Assembly (NCBI GenBank): GCA_000004695.1
Contig: CM000151.3
Span: forward strand, 1,696,001-1,760,000
Source of the DNA: Dictyostelium discoideum
Lineage: Eukaryota
Direction: 5' to 3'
DNA: 64,000 nt
Shown here: positions 14,917 through 29,982 of the stretch, one piece after another
Layout of the letters: the number at the start of each line of letters is the position of its first letter
How positions within the stretch are numbered: the first letter of the stretch is position 1
Program-made: the position numbers and the translations under genes
The notes under the pieces: model-generated
What the model saw: the letters and a program-made list of their open reading frames with translations, nothing else
Databases searched by the model: none
Told to the model about the DNA's origin: nothing

Positions 14917-15411
14917 TTATTTTTCATCTTTTGAGGAGGAAGAGGATTTTTTTGAAGATTTATTTTCATCTTTTGATTTTGTGTCATCTTTATTGCTATC
15001 TTTTTCTTTTTCTTTTTCTTTTTCTTTCTCTTTCTCTTTTTCCTTTTCTTTTTCTTTTTCACTTTTGAGTGCTGCTAAATATTCCTCTAATTGTGGTTTA
15101 AAATTTTCAAAATCTATTTCTTCTATTGCTTGAAATACATCCTTTGGTGATATTGTAGATCTACCAGAATGTGAACTAAAATCTATACTTGCTGCTGTAA
15201 GATAATGAATCCAAACTTTTGCTGCTTTTGCAATAGCTAGCCTAGATTCTTTGGCACATAATACCCCTTCTGGTAACTAAAAAATAATATATATTAATAT
15301 ATATGTATATATATATATATATTTTAATTATATAATGATAATAATTTTACATACAGAAGCTTTAATAATTCTATTTACAATTGCACCTGGTAAATCTTGG
15401 CTTTCTGACAT
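14917..15411 (-). CDS. pole3: DNA polymerase epsilon subunit 3 / CHRAC-17-like histone-fold protein. Two exons: join(15411..15355, 15276..14917), minus strand.
   Basis: [19 protein letters not shown]|[67 protein letters not shown] aligns closely to POLE3 (LPNAVITRIIKEALPDGV...ASVFVLYATSCANNFA...SDVLSAMEEMEFQRF). Donor GTATGT at 15354..15349, acceptor AG at 15278/15277, phase 0. The C-terminus is a K/E-rich tail. Confidence 0.75.
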
Positions 15412-15678
15412 TTTATTTATTTATTAATTAATTTATATATATATTTGGTATATTATTTATTTTTTTACTTTTTTATTTTTTTATTTCTATTTATATTACT
15501 ACATAACTTTGAAAAATGATGTTTCAAAAATTTGTGAAATTGAAAAAAAAAAAAAAAAAAAAAATAAAAATAAAAAAATAAAAATAAAAAAAAAAAAAAA
15601 ATGAAAATGAAATCATTTCCATCAAAAAATAAACAATTTTCTCACACACACATAGAGAGAGAGAAACCATAAAATACC

Positions 15679-15835
15679 ATGATTTCAAATTCATTTAAAT
15701 TAATTAATAAAGTTAAGAATATATCATCTTTAATAAATAATAATCAAAGATATTTTTTATCAGGAATACCGAATTCTTCGAAATCAACAACCACTACTCC
15801 CACCACACCAACCAATAATGTAAATAATAATAACA

Positions 15836-15886
<51 letters not shown>

Positions 15887-16156
15887 TAAATAACCATATT
15901 AAGAACTTATTATCAACTATACCAAATAAAGTAGAATATAAAATAAAAAGGGAAAATAATAATCCTGATTCAAGAAATGTAAATAATAATATTGACCAAA
16001 ATCAAGAAGGTTCGAGAACCAGATTTCAATGGTTACAAAAACCAAAAACAGTTTTAATTATAAAAAAGCATAAAGATAAAAAAACATCAGCTTGGTTAAA
16101 TAAAATGGCTTCGTAAGTAATATATTTATTATCAAAAAAATAATAAATAAAATATT

Positions 16157-16202
<46 letters not shown>

Positions 16203-17171
16203 ATAATAATAAAAAGTTGGTTAAAAACAACACATGGAATGAGAGTATTAGTTGAACCAAATGTTACAATACCTAGTGAAGCACAATCATATTTAGAGAC
16301 ATATTCAGAAGAGGAGAGTCATTTATTAGGTAAAGTAGTTGATTTCGTAGTTACATTAGGTGGTGATGGTACTTTACTTCATGTTTCATCATTATTTAAA
16401 CAAGATGTACCACCTATAATAGCATTTCACTTGGGTACATTAGGATTTTTAATGCCATTTAGTATTGAAAATTATCAAGAATCAATTACAAATGTAATCA
16501 AAGGTGAATTCCTCTGTACAAATAGAATGAGATTAATTTGTGATATTTATTCAAAACATCCAATTTTACCACCAAATATACCACAATTAACACCAATTGA
16601 TATATCAAATAATAATAATAATAATAATTTAAATAATAATAATAATAATGAAGAAATGAAATTAATTAAAAGTTTTCAAGTTTTAAATGAAGTTACATTA
16701 CATCGTGGTTCAAATCCTCATGTTACAACAATAAATTGTACAATTAATGGAGATAATTTATCGGATATAGTTGGTGATGGATTAATTGTAGCAACAGCGA
16801 CAGGATCAACAGCATATTCAATGTCATGTGGTGGACCAATGGTTCATCCATGTATTAATTGTATATTGTTAACACCAATTTGTCCAAGTTCATTCTCATC
16901 GAAACCAGCATTATTACCAGACGATTCAATATTAAAATTGATGATGATCTCTCAAAAAGGTAGATCAATCTCTGCAACTTTTGATGGTACTCGGTCAATT
17001 AAAATCGAACAAAGTGATTACATCATAATTAGAAAATCAAAATATCCACTCTTAACAATAAATAAAACCAATGAAACAACTGATTGGGTACATGGTAATG
17101 GTAAATTAATTGAAACTAGTGAAAAATCTTCAATTTGGAATCAAAATGTTTATACAACTTCTGCAAATTAA
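15679..17171 (+). CDS. NAD+ kinase. Two exons: join(15679..16112, 16217..17171).
   Basis: GGDGTLL, NEVTLHRG and DGLIVATATGSTAYSMSCGGPMVHP motifs, with an NADK-like N-terminal lead-in (KTVLIIKKHKDK). Donor GTAAGT at 16113 and acceptor AG at 16215/16216 join in phase 2. Poly-N insertions. Confidence 0.8.
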
Positions 17172-17236
17172 AAAATTAAAAAATGAAAAAAAAAAAAAAA
17201 ACACAAAATAAACACAGGATCCTATTAAATAATTAA

Positions 17237-18892
<1,656 letters not shown>

Positions 18893-19668
18893 ATTTTAAT
18901 CATTCGCCCTATTTTTTATAAACCATTAAAAAATAAATAAAAAATATAAAAAAAAAAAAAAAAAATGCAAAATTTAATTTGAAATTATTTGTTTAGTTAG
19001 AGCAAAAATGAAAAATCAAAAAAAATTAATTCAAAAAAAAAAAAAAAAAAAAAAAAATCACAAAAAAAAAAAAAAAAAGCTTTTTTTTTTTTAAAAAAAT
19101 TGACCTGGAACAATTAAATCAACATGTTGAAAAGAAAAAGAAAGTAGCTCATAATAATAATGGAAATAATAAACCAAAAAAAAAAAAAAACAAATTAACA
19201 AAATTCTATTTTTAAACTCTATATTATTAAAAAAATTTCTATTAAGTAAAAAACAAAAACAATAATATTTTATAGAAATATTTTTTAATTTATATAAAAT
19301 TATAATTTATCAATATTATATAATGATCATTTGATTATTAAAAAAAAAAAAACTTAATCTATAAAATTATTTAAATGTTATTATTAAGTTTAAAAAATAT
19401 TATTTACTAGAATATCATTGTTGCTTAAACTTTTATGGTTTTAATTATTGAAAAAAAAAAATATGTTGAATTTGTTTAAAAAAAAAAATAAAAAAAAAAA
19501 TAAAAAAACATTTTTTGTTTTCATTGTATTCATTTAAAGAAAATGAAAATCAATGTCAATTTAATATTTTATTTTAAAATAAATAAATCAACCAATTTAA
19601 TTTACTATATATTTTTCAAAAAAATTAAAAAAATAAAATAAAATTCATTTTAATAATTATTAAAACAA

Positions 19669-19670
19669 AA

Positions 19671-19737
<67 letters not shown>

Positions 19738-19739
19738 AT
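19669..19739. repeat. (AAAT)n microsatellite, about 17 units.
   Basis: Direct reading. Confidence 0.9.
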
Positions 19740-19849
19740 GGCAATTTTTAGTAAATATTTTATTTTCTTTATTTATTTATTTTTTAGAAATTTTATATTA
19801 TTTTAAATATATATAACTTTATTATTTATTAACAAACTACAATTATTTA

Positions 19850-20059
19850 TTATTTAATAGAATCAATTTCATCTATTTCAAATTCAACAGTCTCAATAGG
19901 AAGTACAATTGGTGCCTCAAACCAAACTGGATCAAATATCAATGACAATTCAATTGCATGTTTTGATGGTGGTTTACGTGGTAATGGCGGCTTTAATGGT
20001 GGATGGGGTGGTATTGGTGGTTTTAATGGTGGCTGTGGTGGTTCAAATGCCAATATCAT
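19850..20059 (-). CDS. Possible small proline-rich protein, 69 aa, with PPxPPLKPP repeated twice. Speculative.
   Basis: ATG-initiated ORF about 180 bp downstream of the Erv1 gene on the same strand. Coding-like GC content. No homolog known. Confidence 0.25.
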   Translation of the reverse strand: MILAFEPPQPPLKPPIPPHPPLKPPLPRKPPSKHAIELSLIFDPVWFEAPIVLPIETVEFEIDEIDSIK

Positions 20060-20180
20060 AAACCTTGATATTGATATTGGTCGTCGTCATCATCGTCGTC
20101 ATTGTTGTTAATTTTTTTTTTTTCAAAATAATAAATACTCAAATAAATAAACAAGAAAAATAAATAATAATAATAATAAC

Positions 20181-20214
<34 letters not shown>

Positions 20215-20241
20215 GATCACTAATTGTTTTTTAAAATTAAC

Positions 20242-20639
20242 CTAATGGAATTCATTATTATTATTTATTTTCCAACGTTTATTTATTAAATTACAATCAA
20301 ATGTTGGTTTACCTAATTGTAAATTTACATTATTATGAGCATTACATAACCAAAGTGCGAAATCATTTTGAGAATCTAATATTGGTGGTGTCTCTTTCAT
20401 TATTTCTCTAAAATCTTTAGCACAAACCTTACATGGATAAACTTTTGAAAAACTTTGTAAAAATTCTTTAATATCTTGTTTCTTTTTTTCACTTGGTTTC
20501 TCTGGATAATAAGCTGCAATTGTATGTAATAATGTCCAACCACTATTACCTAATTCAATTGTTGTTGGTGGTGATGGCATTGGTTCCCAATATTTAGAAT
20601 CTTCATTATTTTTATTATCATTATTATTATTACCATTAC

Positions 20640-20685
<46 letters not shown>

Positions 20686-20916
20686 TGAAATCATTTGAAA
20701 CATCTGATTCTTTTTTTCAGTTACGCCAAGTAATTCACAAGTACCACAATCATCTTCATCTTCATTCGTTATATCTTTTGATAAGAATGATGCTTTCTTT
20801 ATTGTTGTTATTTCTACATTTTTATTTTTATTTTTATTTTCATTTTCAGTTGTTGCCGGTGTTGTAATATGACTTTTTTCGTCAAGAATTTGATTTATTT
20901 TATTCCCAAAAGCCAT
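20242..20916 (-). CDS. FAD-linked sulfhydryl oxidase of the Erv1/ALR family, 224 aa.
   Basis: WTLLHTIAAYYPEKP...YPCKVCAKDF...WLCNAHNNVNLQLGKP matches the Erv1/ALR core, including the CxxC redox pair. N-terminal CGTC pair. Internal poly-N. Confidence 0.8.
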
Positions 20917-21774
20917 TTTTGTTTTTTTTTTTTTTTTTTATTTTAATTTTTTTTTTTTTTGATTTGGGTTTTAAAAAATGCAAAAAAAATAAAAAAAACA
21001 AAAAAAATAAAAAATAAAAAAAATTACACGCAAATAATACATATATTTTTCGGTTATGACTTTTCAAATTTCCAAACAATTTTAAATTCTCACATTTATG
21101 AAATAATAAATTCATATTTTTTATTCTAATTATCTTTTTTTTTTTTTTTTTTTTTTTTCACTTTTTTTTTTTCCATTTTTTTTTTTTTTTTTTTTTTTTT
21201 AATTCATCTTAATATTCTATTTATAAAATAGTATAATTTTTTTTTAATTTCCAAATTAAAATTAGAAGAAATAGAATAAAAAAGTGGTATTTATAAAAAA
21301 AAAAAAAAAAAAAAATTTAAAACCATCATCCTAAGATGGGGGTGTTATTTTCGAAAAGCTATCAAAAAAAAAAGATTTTTTTGATTAATAATAATAAATT
21401 ATTGATTTAGAACAATATAAAAATAAAAAATTATTTCCAATGAGATTTCAAAGTTATATTAAACAGAAAAAAAAAAAATTTTACCAGAAATAATACTTTA
21501 AAATTGATTTTTTTTTTTTATTAATTATTACAGTCATGTATTCAATCCATCCTATATATCCTTATCTTTATTTGTTTTGTATTTTTTTTTATTTTTTTAT
21601 TTTTTCTTTTGTTTTTTTTTATATAATTGTTTTTTTATTTTAATATTTCGTTTATTTTAATTTATTTATATTATTAATTTCCAAACTTTTCTTTTAATTC
21701 TATAAGAGGAAAAAAAAAAAAAAAAAAAAGTTAGTTCGATGTTTGATTTATGAATAGTTTTTATCTATTTGTAT

Positions 21775-21838
<64 letters not shown>

Positions 21839-21839
<1 letters not shown>

Positions 21840-22162
21840 TAAAATTTACCTTGTTTTAATAATTCTTGTTCTCTAACTCTTTGTTGATGTATAGATAAAG
21901 TGAAGATTTCTCTCTTAACAATATAATCATTGAAATCATATGATTTGTACATAAGGGTACCTAAAGCGACAGCCCATAAGGCGTGAACATGTGGGTTACT
22001 TCCCATTGGTCTTTTATAAAATCCATTGGTAATAACACCACATGAAATACCTAAACCAACACCCATTATAACTCTTTTTGTTCTTGAAATCTTTTTGAAT
22101 GGATTCGTTTCATTTGAAATATAATTTTCTGTATTTGTTGGTCTAATAATTTCTTGTGTCAT
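21839..22162 (-). CDS. Small mitochondrial-type membrane protein, 107 aa. It has a glycine-zipper TM helix (GVGLGISCGV) and a basic coiled C-terminus. Family uncertain; it could be a respiratory-complex or ATP-synthase small subunit.
   Basis: ATG-initiated ORF with coding-like composition. Architecture only; no confident family match. Confidence 0.45.
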
Positions 22163-22470
22163 TTTCTTTTTTTTTTTTTATCTATATTAAAAAAGCGTCA
22201 ATGATTTTTGATTGAAAAAAAAAAAAAAAAAAAAAAAAAAATGAAAAAAAAAAAAAAATTTTAAAAAAAAAAAAAATTAAATAAAAAAATGAAAATAAAA
22301 AAAACAAAAAAAAAAAATAAAAATTATAACAGAGAGAAAAACTTTTTTTATTTAATTTTCATTTTCATTTATAAAATAAAAATAATATATAAATAAAGAG
22401 GAATTTAAGTTTTACCTCTTTTAAATAATCTTGTAAATACATTAAACTTATAAAAAAAAAAATAAAAAAA

Positions 22471-23834
22471 ATGGTGGATAACTATAATAATAATAATATA
22501 TTACCAACAAATACATCTACAACTACAACTACAAATACGACAATAACACCTACACCACCACTACCACCACCACCTCCAATTTCAAATATATTAGATAATA
22601 ATAATAACAATAATTTAATAAAAAATGATATAAAGAATGATAAAGTTGCAGTATCGAATTCAAATGTTAGACCATCATCTTCATCAGTTTCATATGAAAA
22701 TTCAGATTGGAATAAGGTATATAATAGTGAAAGAGAGAAATTACATGAAGTTAATAAACAAATTTTAAATATAAAAAGACCATCAACTAGTATAGTTAGA
22801 GTTAGTCAATTAGATTCTGCAAGATTAGATGAAGAAATTTTAGATTTATTAAGATCTCAATTTATGAAAATATTTACATTTTTTAAAGTAATTTTTATAT
22901 CAAAATATATTTACATACATATATATATACAAAATATATTAATATTAATAATATTTATTATTTATTATTTATTACTTAGCCAAACTTTATACATAATTTT
23001 CAACCAGAAATTAATTTAGTATTAAAATCAGTTATATATAAATTATCAATATTTAATTTAGGTACAACGTATGGTAACCAGTTACAAAATTTGACATATA
23101 GGAATGAAAAAGCATTCGACCCAATTAGAGGTTCTGATCAATTGAATAAATTAACAATGAGACAGAAATGGTTGTCGGGTTTGATTAATATTGGTGGTGA
23201 ATGGTTATGGACTAGAATCAATCGATATTTGATTAACAACAATTGGAGTGAGCATCCACCTAATGATATAAGAAAAAAGTTTTGGAACTTTTTAAATTTT
23301 GCAGAGAGTGCTTATAAAGCTTTGGCATTATTGAATTTCTTGACATTCCTATTCAATGGGAAATATGTAACATTAGTAAACCGTATACTACATATGAGAT
23401 TAGTGTATGCCCATCCAACATTGTCTAGAAACATTTCATTCGAATATATGAATAGATTATTGGTTTGGCATGGTTTCACTGAATTCATATTATTCATTAT
23501 GCCATTAATCAATATAGATCGTATAAAATCATTTTTATATCGTTTATTAGTTAAAACTTCTTTTGGTAATAGTAGTGGTAATAATAATAATACAGCTTCA
23601 AATCCATTACAACAATTACAAAAACAACAATTATTAATTCAACAACAACAAATGGCTTTAGCAAAATGTCCAATTTGTATGAATGATCCAATTAGTATGC
23701 CTTATTCAGCTGATTGTGGTCATCTTTTTTGCTATTATTGTATTAAAACTTCTTGTATGATTGATTCCTCTTTTACTTGTCCACGTTGTAATTCTTTAAT
23801 TTCAAATATTAAAAGATTTTCAATTCAAGATTAA
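22471..23834 (+). CDS. pex2: Peroxisome biogenesis factor 2 (C3HC4 RING peroxin). Two exons: join(22471..22887, 22980..23834).
   Basis: C-terminal RING CPICMNDPISMPYSADCGHLFCYYCIKTSCMIDSSFTCPRCN aligns closely to human PEX2 ([41 protein letters not shown]). Pex2/Pex12 N-terminal domain is present. Donor GTAATT at 22888, acceptor ttag at 22979, phase 0. N-terminal S/T/P/N-rich region. Confidence 0.8.
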
Positions 23835-23993
23835 ATTTTAAAATTTAATATAAAAGATTTAAAACATTTCAAGATTTTAAAATAAAATATAAAATAAAAT
23901 AAATTTAAATTTAAAAAAAAAAAAAAAAAAAGATATTTATATTTATTTTTAAAATTAGGATATTTGGAAAAAAAAAAGAAAATTAAAAAAACA

Positions 23994-24028
<35 letters not shown>

Positions 24029-24045
24029 CAGATTAACCTTTAGCC

Positions 24046-24247
24046 ATGTCTGAAGAAAATAATCATAAAGAAAAAAGGTAAATATTTGTAAATATAGTAT
24101 TTATTAATTTTATTACTATTTTTTATATATTAATACCAAATAGTAAAAATGAAATTAAAAAAGAAAAAAAAAAGATTGAAAAAGAAAAAAAGATTACAGA
24201 ATTAAAATCAAAAAAAAAAATAAATGAAAAAAATAATACTATAAATT

Positions 24248-24279
<32 letters not shown>

Positions 24280-25600
24280 TTTAAAAATAAAAAATGGGGT
24301 GAAATAAATAATGAAAATTATAAAGAAATAATAAAAAATAGATTTGTTAAAGAATGGAGTAATATTTCAGATTTAAATGAATCATGTGTTGGAAAATATG
24401 TATTAATTAGAGCTCGAGTTTCAAATATTCGTTCATTTGGTAATAGTCTTTGTTTTTTACAATTAAGAGACGGTTTATCAAGTATTCAAGCTGTGATATC
24501 AAAAAATGATGAAAATAATTCAAAATCAATGATCCACTTTATCAATTCAACAATTACAAAAGAATCAATAATTGATATTGAAGCAATTTTAACAAATTCA
24601 TCAACACCAATTGAAAGTTGTATAATTAAAAATTTAGAATTAAAAATTTATTCATTATTTTTACAATCAAAATCAAATTCATCATTACCTTTACAATTTG
24701 ATGATCTTTCAAAACCAACGACATATCAAAATTATGATGATAATGGTTATACTTATGTGATTCCATTAAATAGTAGATTAAATAATAGGTGTTTAGATTT
24801 ACGAACTTTTTATAATTTATCAATATTTAAAATTCAATCAGCTATATCAAATTTATTTAGGGATCAACTATTAATAAATGATTTCATTGAAATTCATTCA
24901 CCAAAGATAATAAAACAATCAATTAATGAAAATTCATTTAAATTAAATTATTTCAATGAAATTGCATATTTATCAGAATCAACACAATTTTATAGACAAT
25001 TAGCAATTGTATCTGATTTTAAAAGGGTGTTTGAAATTGGGCCTGTATATAGAACTGATTTAGGTCATACTCATCGTCATTTAAATGAATTTACAAGTTT
25101 AGATTTTGAAATGACATTTAAAGATCATTATCATGAAGTTTTAGATTTTTTAGATAATTTAATGATTTCAATATTTAAAATTTTAGAAACAAATTATGAA
25201 AATGAATTAAAAATTATTAATAATTATCAATTACAATTTGAAAAATTTAAATTTTCAACTAAAACACCAAGATTTACATTTAGTGAAGTGAAATTAATGT
25301 TAATTGAATTTTCTGAAAATGAAAATAATAAATTTTGTATGGAGTTATTTGATTATTTAAATGTACAAGAAGAAAGAATTTTTGGAAAAATTGTTAAAGA
25401 GAAATTTAATGTAGATTATTATATCATTGAAAAACCATCTTCTGAATATCAACCATTTTATATAATGCCAGATTCAAATAATGAAAAATTATTAAATTCA
25501 TTTCATATTTATATTAATGGTGAAAAAATTGGTTCAGGTTCTCAACGTATTCATGATTGGAAATTACTTGAAAAAAGATATAAAAATTATTATATAAATC

Positions 25601-25664
<64 letters not shown>

Positions 25665-25821
25665 TAATATTGAAAATTATATTAATATTTTCAAATTTGG
25701 TTGTTCACAACATGCTGGTTGTAGTATTGGTTTAGAACGTTTGGTTATGGCTTATTTAGGTTTGGAAAATATTAGAAAAGCTAGTTTTTGCCCTCGTGAT
25801 CCAACAAGATTAACTCCATAA
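24046..25821 (+). CDS. Aspartyl-tRNA synthetase paralog, class IIb, divergent copy. Two exons: join(24046..24077, 24144..25821), about 570 aa.
   Basis: Same architecture and intron position as the downstream copy (intron after codon 11, phase 2). Motifs are altered: motif 2 is YRTDLGHTHRH (canonical FRAEN...), the flipping loop is SESTQFYRQ (canonical QSPQLYKQ), motif 3 is GCSIGLER, and a poly-N (about 25) insertion precedes motif 3. Ends ...FCPRDPTRLTP as AspRS does. Has the Lys-rich eukaryotic N-terminal helix. Confidence 0.8.
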
Positions 25822-25905
25822 ATAATAATTTTAAAAAAAAAAAAATTAATAGGGTGTAAATTAAAATTTTAAAAACAAAATGTAAAAGAATTCTAATTAT
25901 TTATT

Positions 25906-25946
<41 letters not shown>

Positions 25947-26203
25947 TTTAAATAAACCATAATTTTAATAATTAAATAAATAAAGAAAAGATAACAAACA
26001 CTGTGTAAAGTATCCAAAAATACTACATATATTCAATCCCTAACACCACAATGTTGTTTTTTTGGAAAATTCCCAACAATCAAAATTTATTTTTTTTTTA
26101 TTTTTTTTATTTTTTTTTTTTTTATTTTTTTTTTTTCATTTCAATATAAATTTTTTTTTTTTTTTTTTAAATTCATTTCACTTTTACTTAAATAATTTCC
26201 AAA

Positions 26204-28012
26204 ATGTCAGAAACTACACCAGTTCCTGTTGGCGAAGCAGGTGAAAAAAGGTAACTAAAAATTTTAATAATAAATAATAATAAAAATAATAATAATATTA
26301 ATATTTTTATTTTTTCTTGTATTAAAAGTGCTACAGCATTAAAAAAAGAACAAAAGAAATTAGAAAAAGAGAAAAAGATAGCAGAAGCTAAAGCAAAGAA
26401 AGCCGCTGAGAAATCAGCAGCAAGTGGTAATAGTGGTGAACAAAAGAATGAAAAGAAACAAGAACAAGTTGAAGAGAATAATAGTAATTGGGGTGAATTA
26501 CCAATGAATCAAAGTAAAGAAAAGATTACAAGAGAATGGACAGATGTATCACAATTGACAGAATCATTAGTTGGTAAATCAGTATTAATTCGTGCACGTC
26601 TTTCAACAAGTCGTTTACAAGGTGCCAATCTTTGTTTTGTACAATTAAGAGATGGTTTATATACAGTTCAAGCAGTTGTTGCCAAAGGTGGATCCAACTC
26701 GAAATCAATGGTGCAATTTGTTGGACAAGTTCCAAAGGAATCCATTGTTGACGTTCAAGCAACCGTTGTCTCAACCAGTGTACCAATTGAAAGTTGTACA
26801 CAAAAATCCGTAGAATTACAAGTTTCATCATTTTTCATCGTATCAAAATCAACATTACTCCCATTACAAATTGAAGATCTCTCAAGAGCCCAACCATTAT
26901 TGGATAAGCAAGAAGACGATCTCAAGCAATTGGAACAACTTTTACAAAATACCAACTTGAATGAACAAGAGAAAACCGATTTAGAAAAGAAGAAGAGTGA
27001 ATGTATTAAATTTGTAAACGTATCACAAGAGAAGCGTTTGGATAACAGAGCATTGGATCTTAGAGTACCAGCCCACCAATCTATTTTCCGTCTTCAATCA
27101 GGAGTTTGTACACTCTTCCGTGAACAATTACTCGGTGAGGGTTTCATTGAAATTCATTCACCAAAGATCATTTCCGCTGCCTCTGAATCTGGTGCCTCTG
27201 TTTTCAAATTAAACTATTTCAATACCCATGCCTATTTGGCCCAATCACCACAACTTTACAAACAAATGGCAATCTGTGCCGATTTCAATAAGGTCTTTGA
27301 AATTGGTCCAGTTTTCCGTGCTGAAAACTCCAATACTCATCGTCATTTGACCGAGTTTGTTGGTCTCGATCTTGAAATGACCTTTAAGGATCATTATCAT
27401 GAGGCTTTGGATACTTTGGATCGTTTAATGACCTCGATTTTCCGTGGTTTAGAGACTCGTTTCGCAAAGGAAATCGAATCTGTAAACACTCAATACCCAT
27501 TCGAACCTTTCAAATTCACTTATCCATCACCACGTTTCACCTTTGATGAAGCCGCTGCTATGTTGGCCGAATTAAATGACCCAGATTACATTGTAAAAGA
27601 CAATGATTTCAATACTCGTCAAGAGAAACGTTTAGGTAAAATCATCAAAGAGAAATTTGGTGTAGATTTCTTTATCGTCGATAAATTCCACGTTGAAGTT
27701 CGTCCATTCTATACCATGCCTGATCCAAATAATCCACAATGGGCAAATGCTTACGATCTCTTTATGAGAGGTGAAGAAATTTGTTCTGGTGCTCAACGTA
27801 TTCATGATCCAGAATTACTCGAAAAGAGTGCTAAATCTCATGGTGTTGTTATTGAGGATATTCAAGGTTATATCGATTCCTTTAAATATGGTTGTTCACA
27901 ACATGCTGGTGGTGGTGTTGGTTTAGAACGTGTAGTTATGCTTTATTTAGGTTTAGGTAATATTAGAAAAGCTAGTTTCTGTCCACGTGATCCAACAAGA
28001 TTAACTCCATAA
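26204..28012 (+). CDS. Cytoplasmic-type aspartyl-tRNA synthetase, canonical copy. Two exons: join(26204..26250, 26329..28012), about 577 aa.
   Basis: All class II/AspRS motifs are intact: FRAENSNTHRHLTEF, QSPQLYKQ, SGAQRIHD, GGGVGLERVVM, C-terminal FCPRDPTRLTP. There is an N-terminal OB-fold anticodon-binding domain and a Lys-rich N-terminal helix. Donor GTAACT at 26251, acceptor AG at 26327/28. Confidence 0.85.
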
Positions 28013-28430
28013 ATAAATAAATAAAAAATAAATAATAAAAAAAAAAAAAACATATATAATTATTAAATTATTACTATAACAAAAAAAAAAAACAAAATTA
28101 TTTTATTTTTATTATTATTATTATTTTAATCTTTTTTTCTTATTTTTTTTTTTTTTGAATTTGTTACAATAATAACACTATTAATGGTTGGAAAAATTCC
28201 CATTGTTCCCGTTAGTTATTTTGAGGAAAATCAATACCAAAGATTTTTTTTTTTCCGCGCTCACCGTTTTTTAATCAATAAAATTTATTTTTTTATTTTT
28301 TTTTTTTATTTTTAAAAAAAAAAAAAGAAACCAGGCTGAGAATTATAAAAATATTTTGGTTTTAAAGCTGATTTTTTTTTTTTTTTTAAATTCCAACACC
28401 ATTTTATAAATATAATATTTTAGAAAAAAA

Positions 28431-28728
28431 ATGAATACCAAATTTATTTTAATTTTATTGGTTTTAATTATTTCAACTATTTTTGTTAATTCACAATCTT
28501 TAAATGTTGAAGTTAATGATAATACTAAAGACGTTCAAGATTGGCATGATGCTTGTAAAGTAATCACTGATGAGCCAATGTGTTTAGCATTCATCCAACA
28601 CTGTGAATGGACAAAAGGTTTGTATTTTTTTTTTTTTTAATCAATTATCTTTTTTTTATCTTAAAATAAAAACTAATTTCAATTTTTAATTTTAATTTTA
28701 ATAGGTCATTGTAAAGCTTGGTTATAAA
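28431..28728 (+). CDS. Small secreted Cys-rich peptide, 69 aa precursor. Two exons: join(28431..28617, 28705..28728).
   Basis: Signal peptide MNTKFILILLVLIISTIFVNS. The mature part has 5 Cys (...DACKVITDEPMCLAFIQHCEWTKG|HCKAWL*). Donor GTTTGT at 28618 is weak. Acceptor ttaatag at 28704. The exon 2 assignment is tentative. Confidence 0.4.
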
Positions 28729-28937
28729 TTAAATGTAGATAATAATTTATTTAATCACAAAAATTGGATTTATTGAATTCACTGTATGTATATATATTTA
28801 TAATTTAAAACTGTTTTTAGTAAATTATTTTTTAAAATCTATATACTAATTTTTTTTTTTTTTTTTTTATTAAAATCATAATTTGGCTGAATAGATTTAA
28901 AATTTTAATAAATAAAAAGAAATTTTGTGATCACTTA

Positions 28938-28968
<31 letters not shown>

Positions 28969-29982
28969 CATTTTTGTGTGTTATGTGTGTTAATTTATTT
29001 GTGTACACCACTAATATTTATCTAGATTAGAGTTCTTTATTAGAAACTTGTTTAATTTTAAATGAAAAAAAACTAAAAAAAAACCAAAAGCAAGAAAAAA
29101 AAAATTAAAAAAAATATTAAAAAAAAAAAAAAAAAAAATGAATAAGCACGAAAAAGATATTTTGGTCATTCCATTCCTTGTGATGCTGCAAACCATTTGG
29201 ACGTGTCTTTCCAAAAAAAACATTATTATTATTTTTTTTTAAATTAATTTATTTCATCATGGTCTAAAAACCATTACTTTTCGTGCCTTTTTGTTTTTGT
29301 TTTTGGTTTTTTTTTTTTTTTTTTTTTTTTATTTTTTTTCTAAACTTTGCTCATTTGTTATTTTTTTTTTTATTATTTATTTATTTATTTTTAATTTCTA
29401 ACTGTGTTAAGTAGTTTATTGTAAATTTACCCTCACCACCACCATTTTTAAATCTATTAACACAACCAATTAAAACTTTTTTTTTTTTTTAAAATTTTTT
29501 ATTTTTATTTGTTGTATAATCACAACCCCACTCATTTTTTTTTTTTTTTCACATCTCAGAAAAAAATTCAAAGAGATTGAGTGGTTTTTTTCATATACTT
29601 ATATATATATATTTATATTAAAAAAAACTTTTATGTCAACTCCACCCACACCAATCCCCCCCTTTTTTTCATTCAAATATTTATATTTTTATTTTTTTTA
29701 TTTTAAATTTATATTTATTTTTTTATTTTTTTTTCTATTCGATTAAAAAAAAAAAATAATTGAAAAGAATTAAGATTTATTATATTATTATATAAATTTA
29801 TATAAACAGTTTTTTTTTTTTTTTATTGGTAAAATTAAATATATATAATAAAAAAAATAAAAATTAACCCTTTGGTTAATAAATATTATAAAGAAGATAA
29901 AAATACAAAAAATAAAAAAACCATAAACCTTTTTTTTTATTTTTTTTTTATTGGATAATAATTTTAAAAAAAAATTTAAAGA

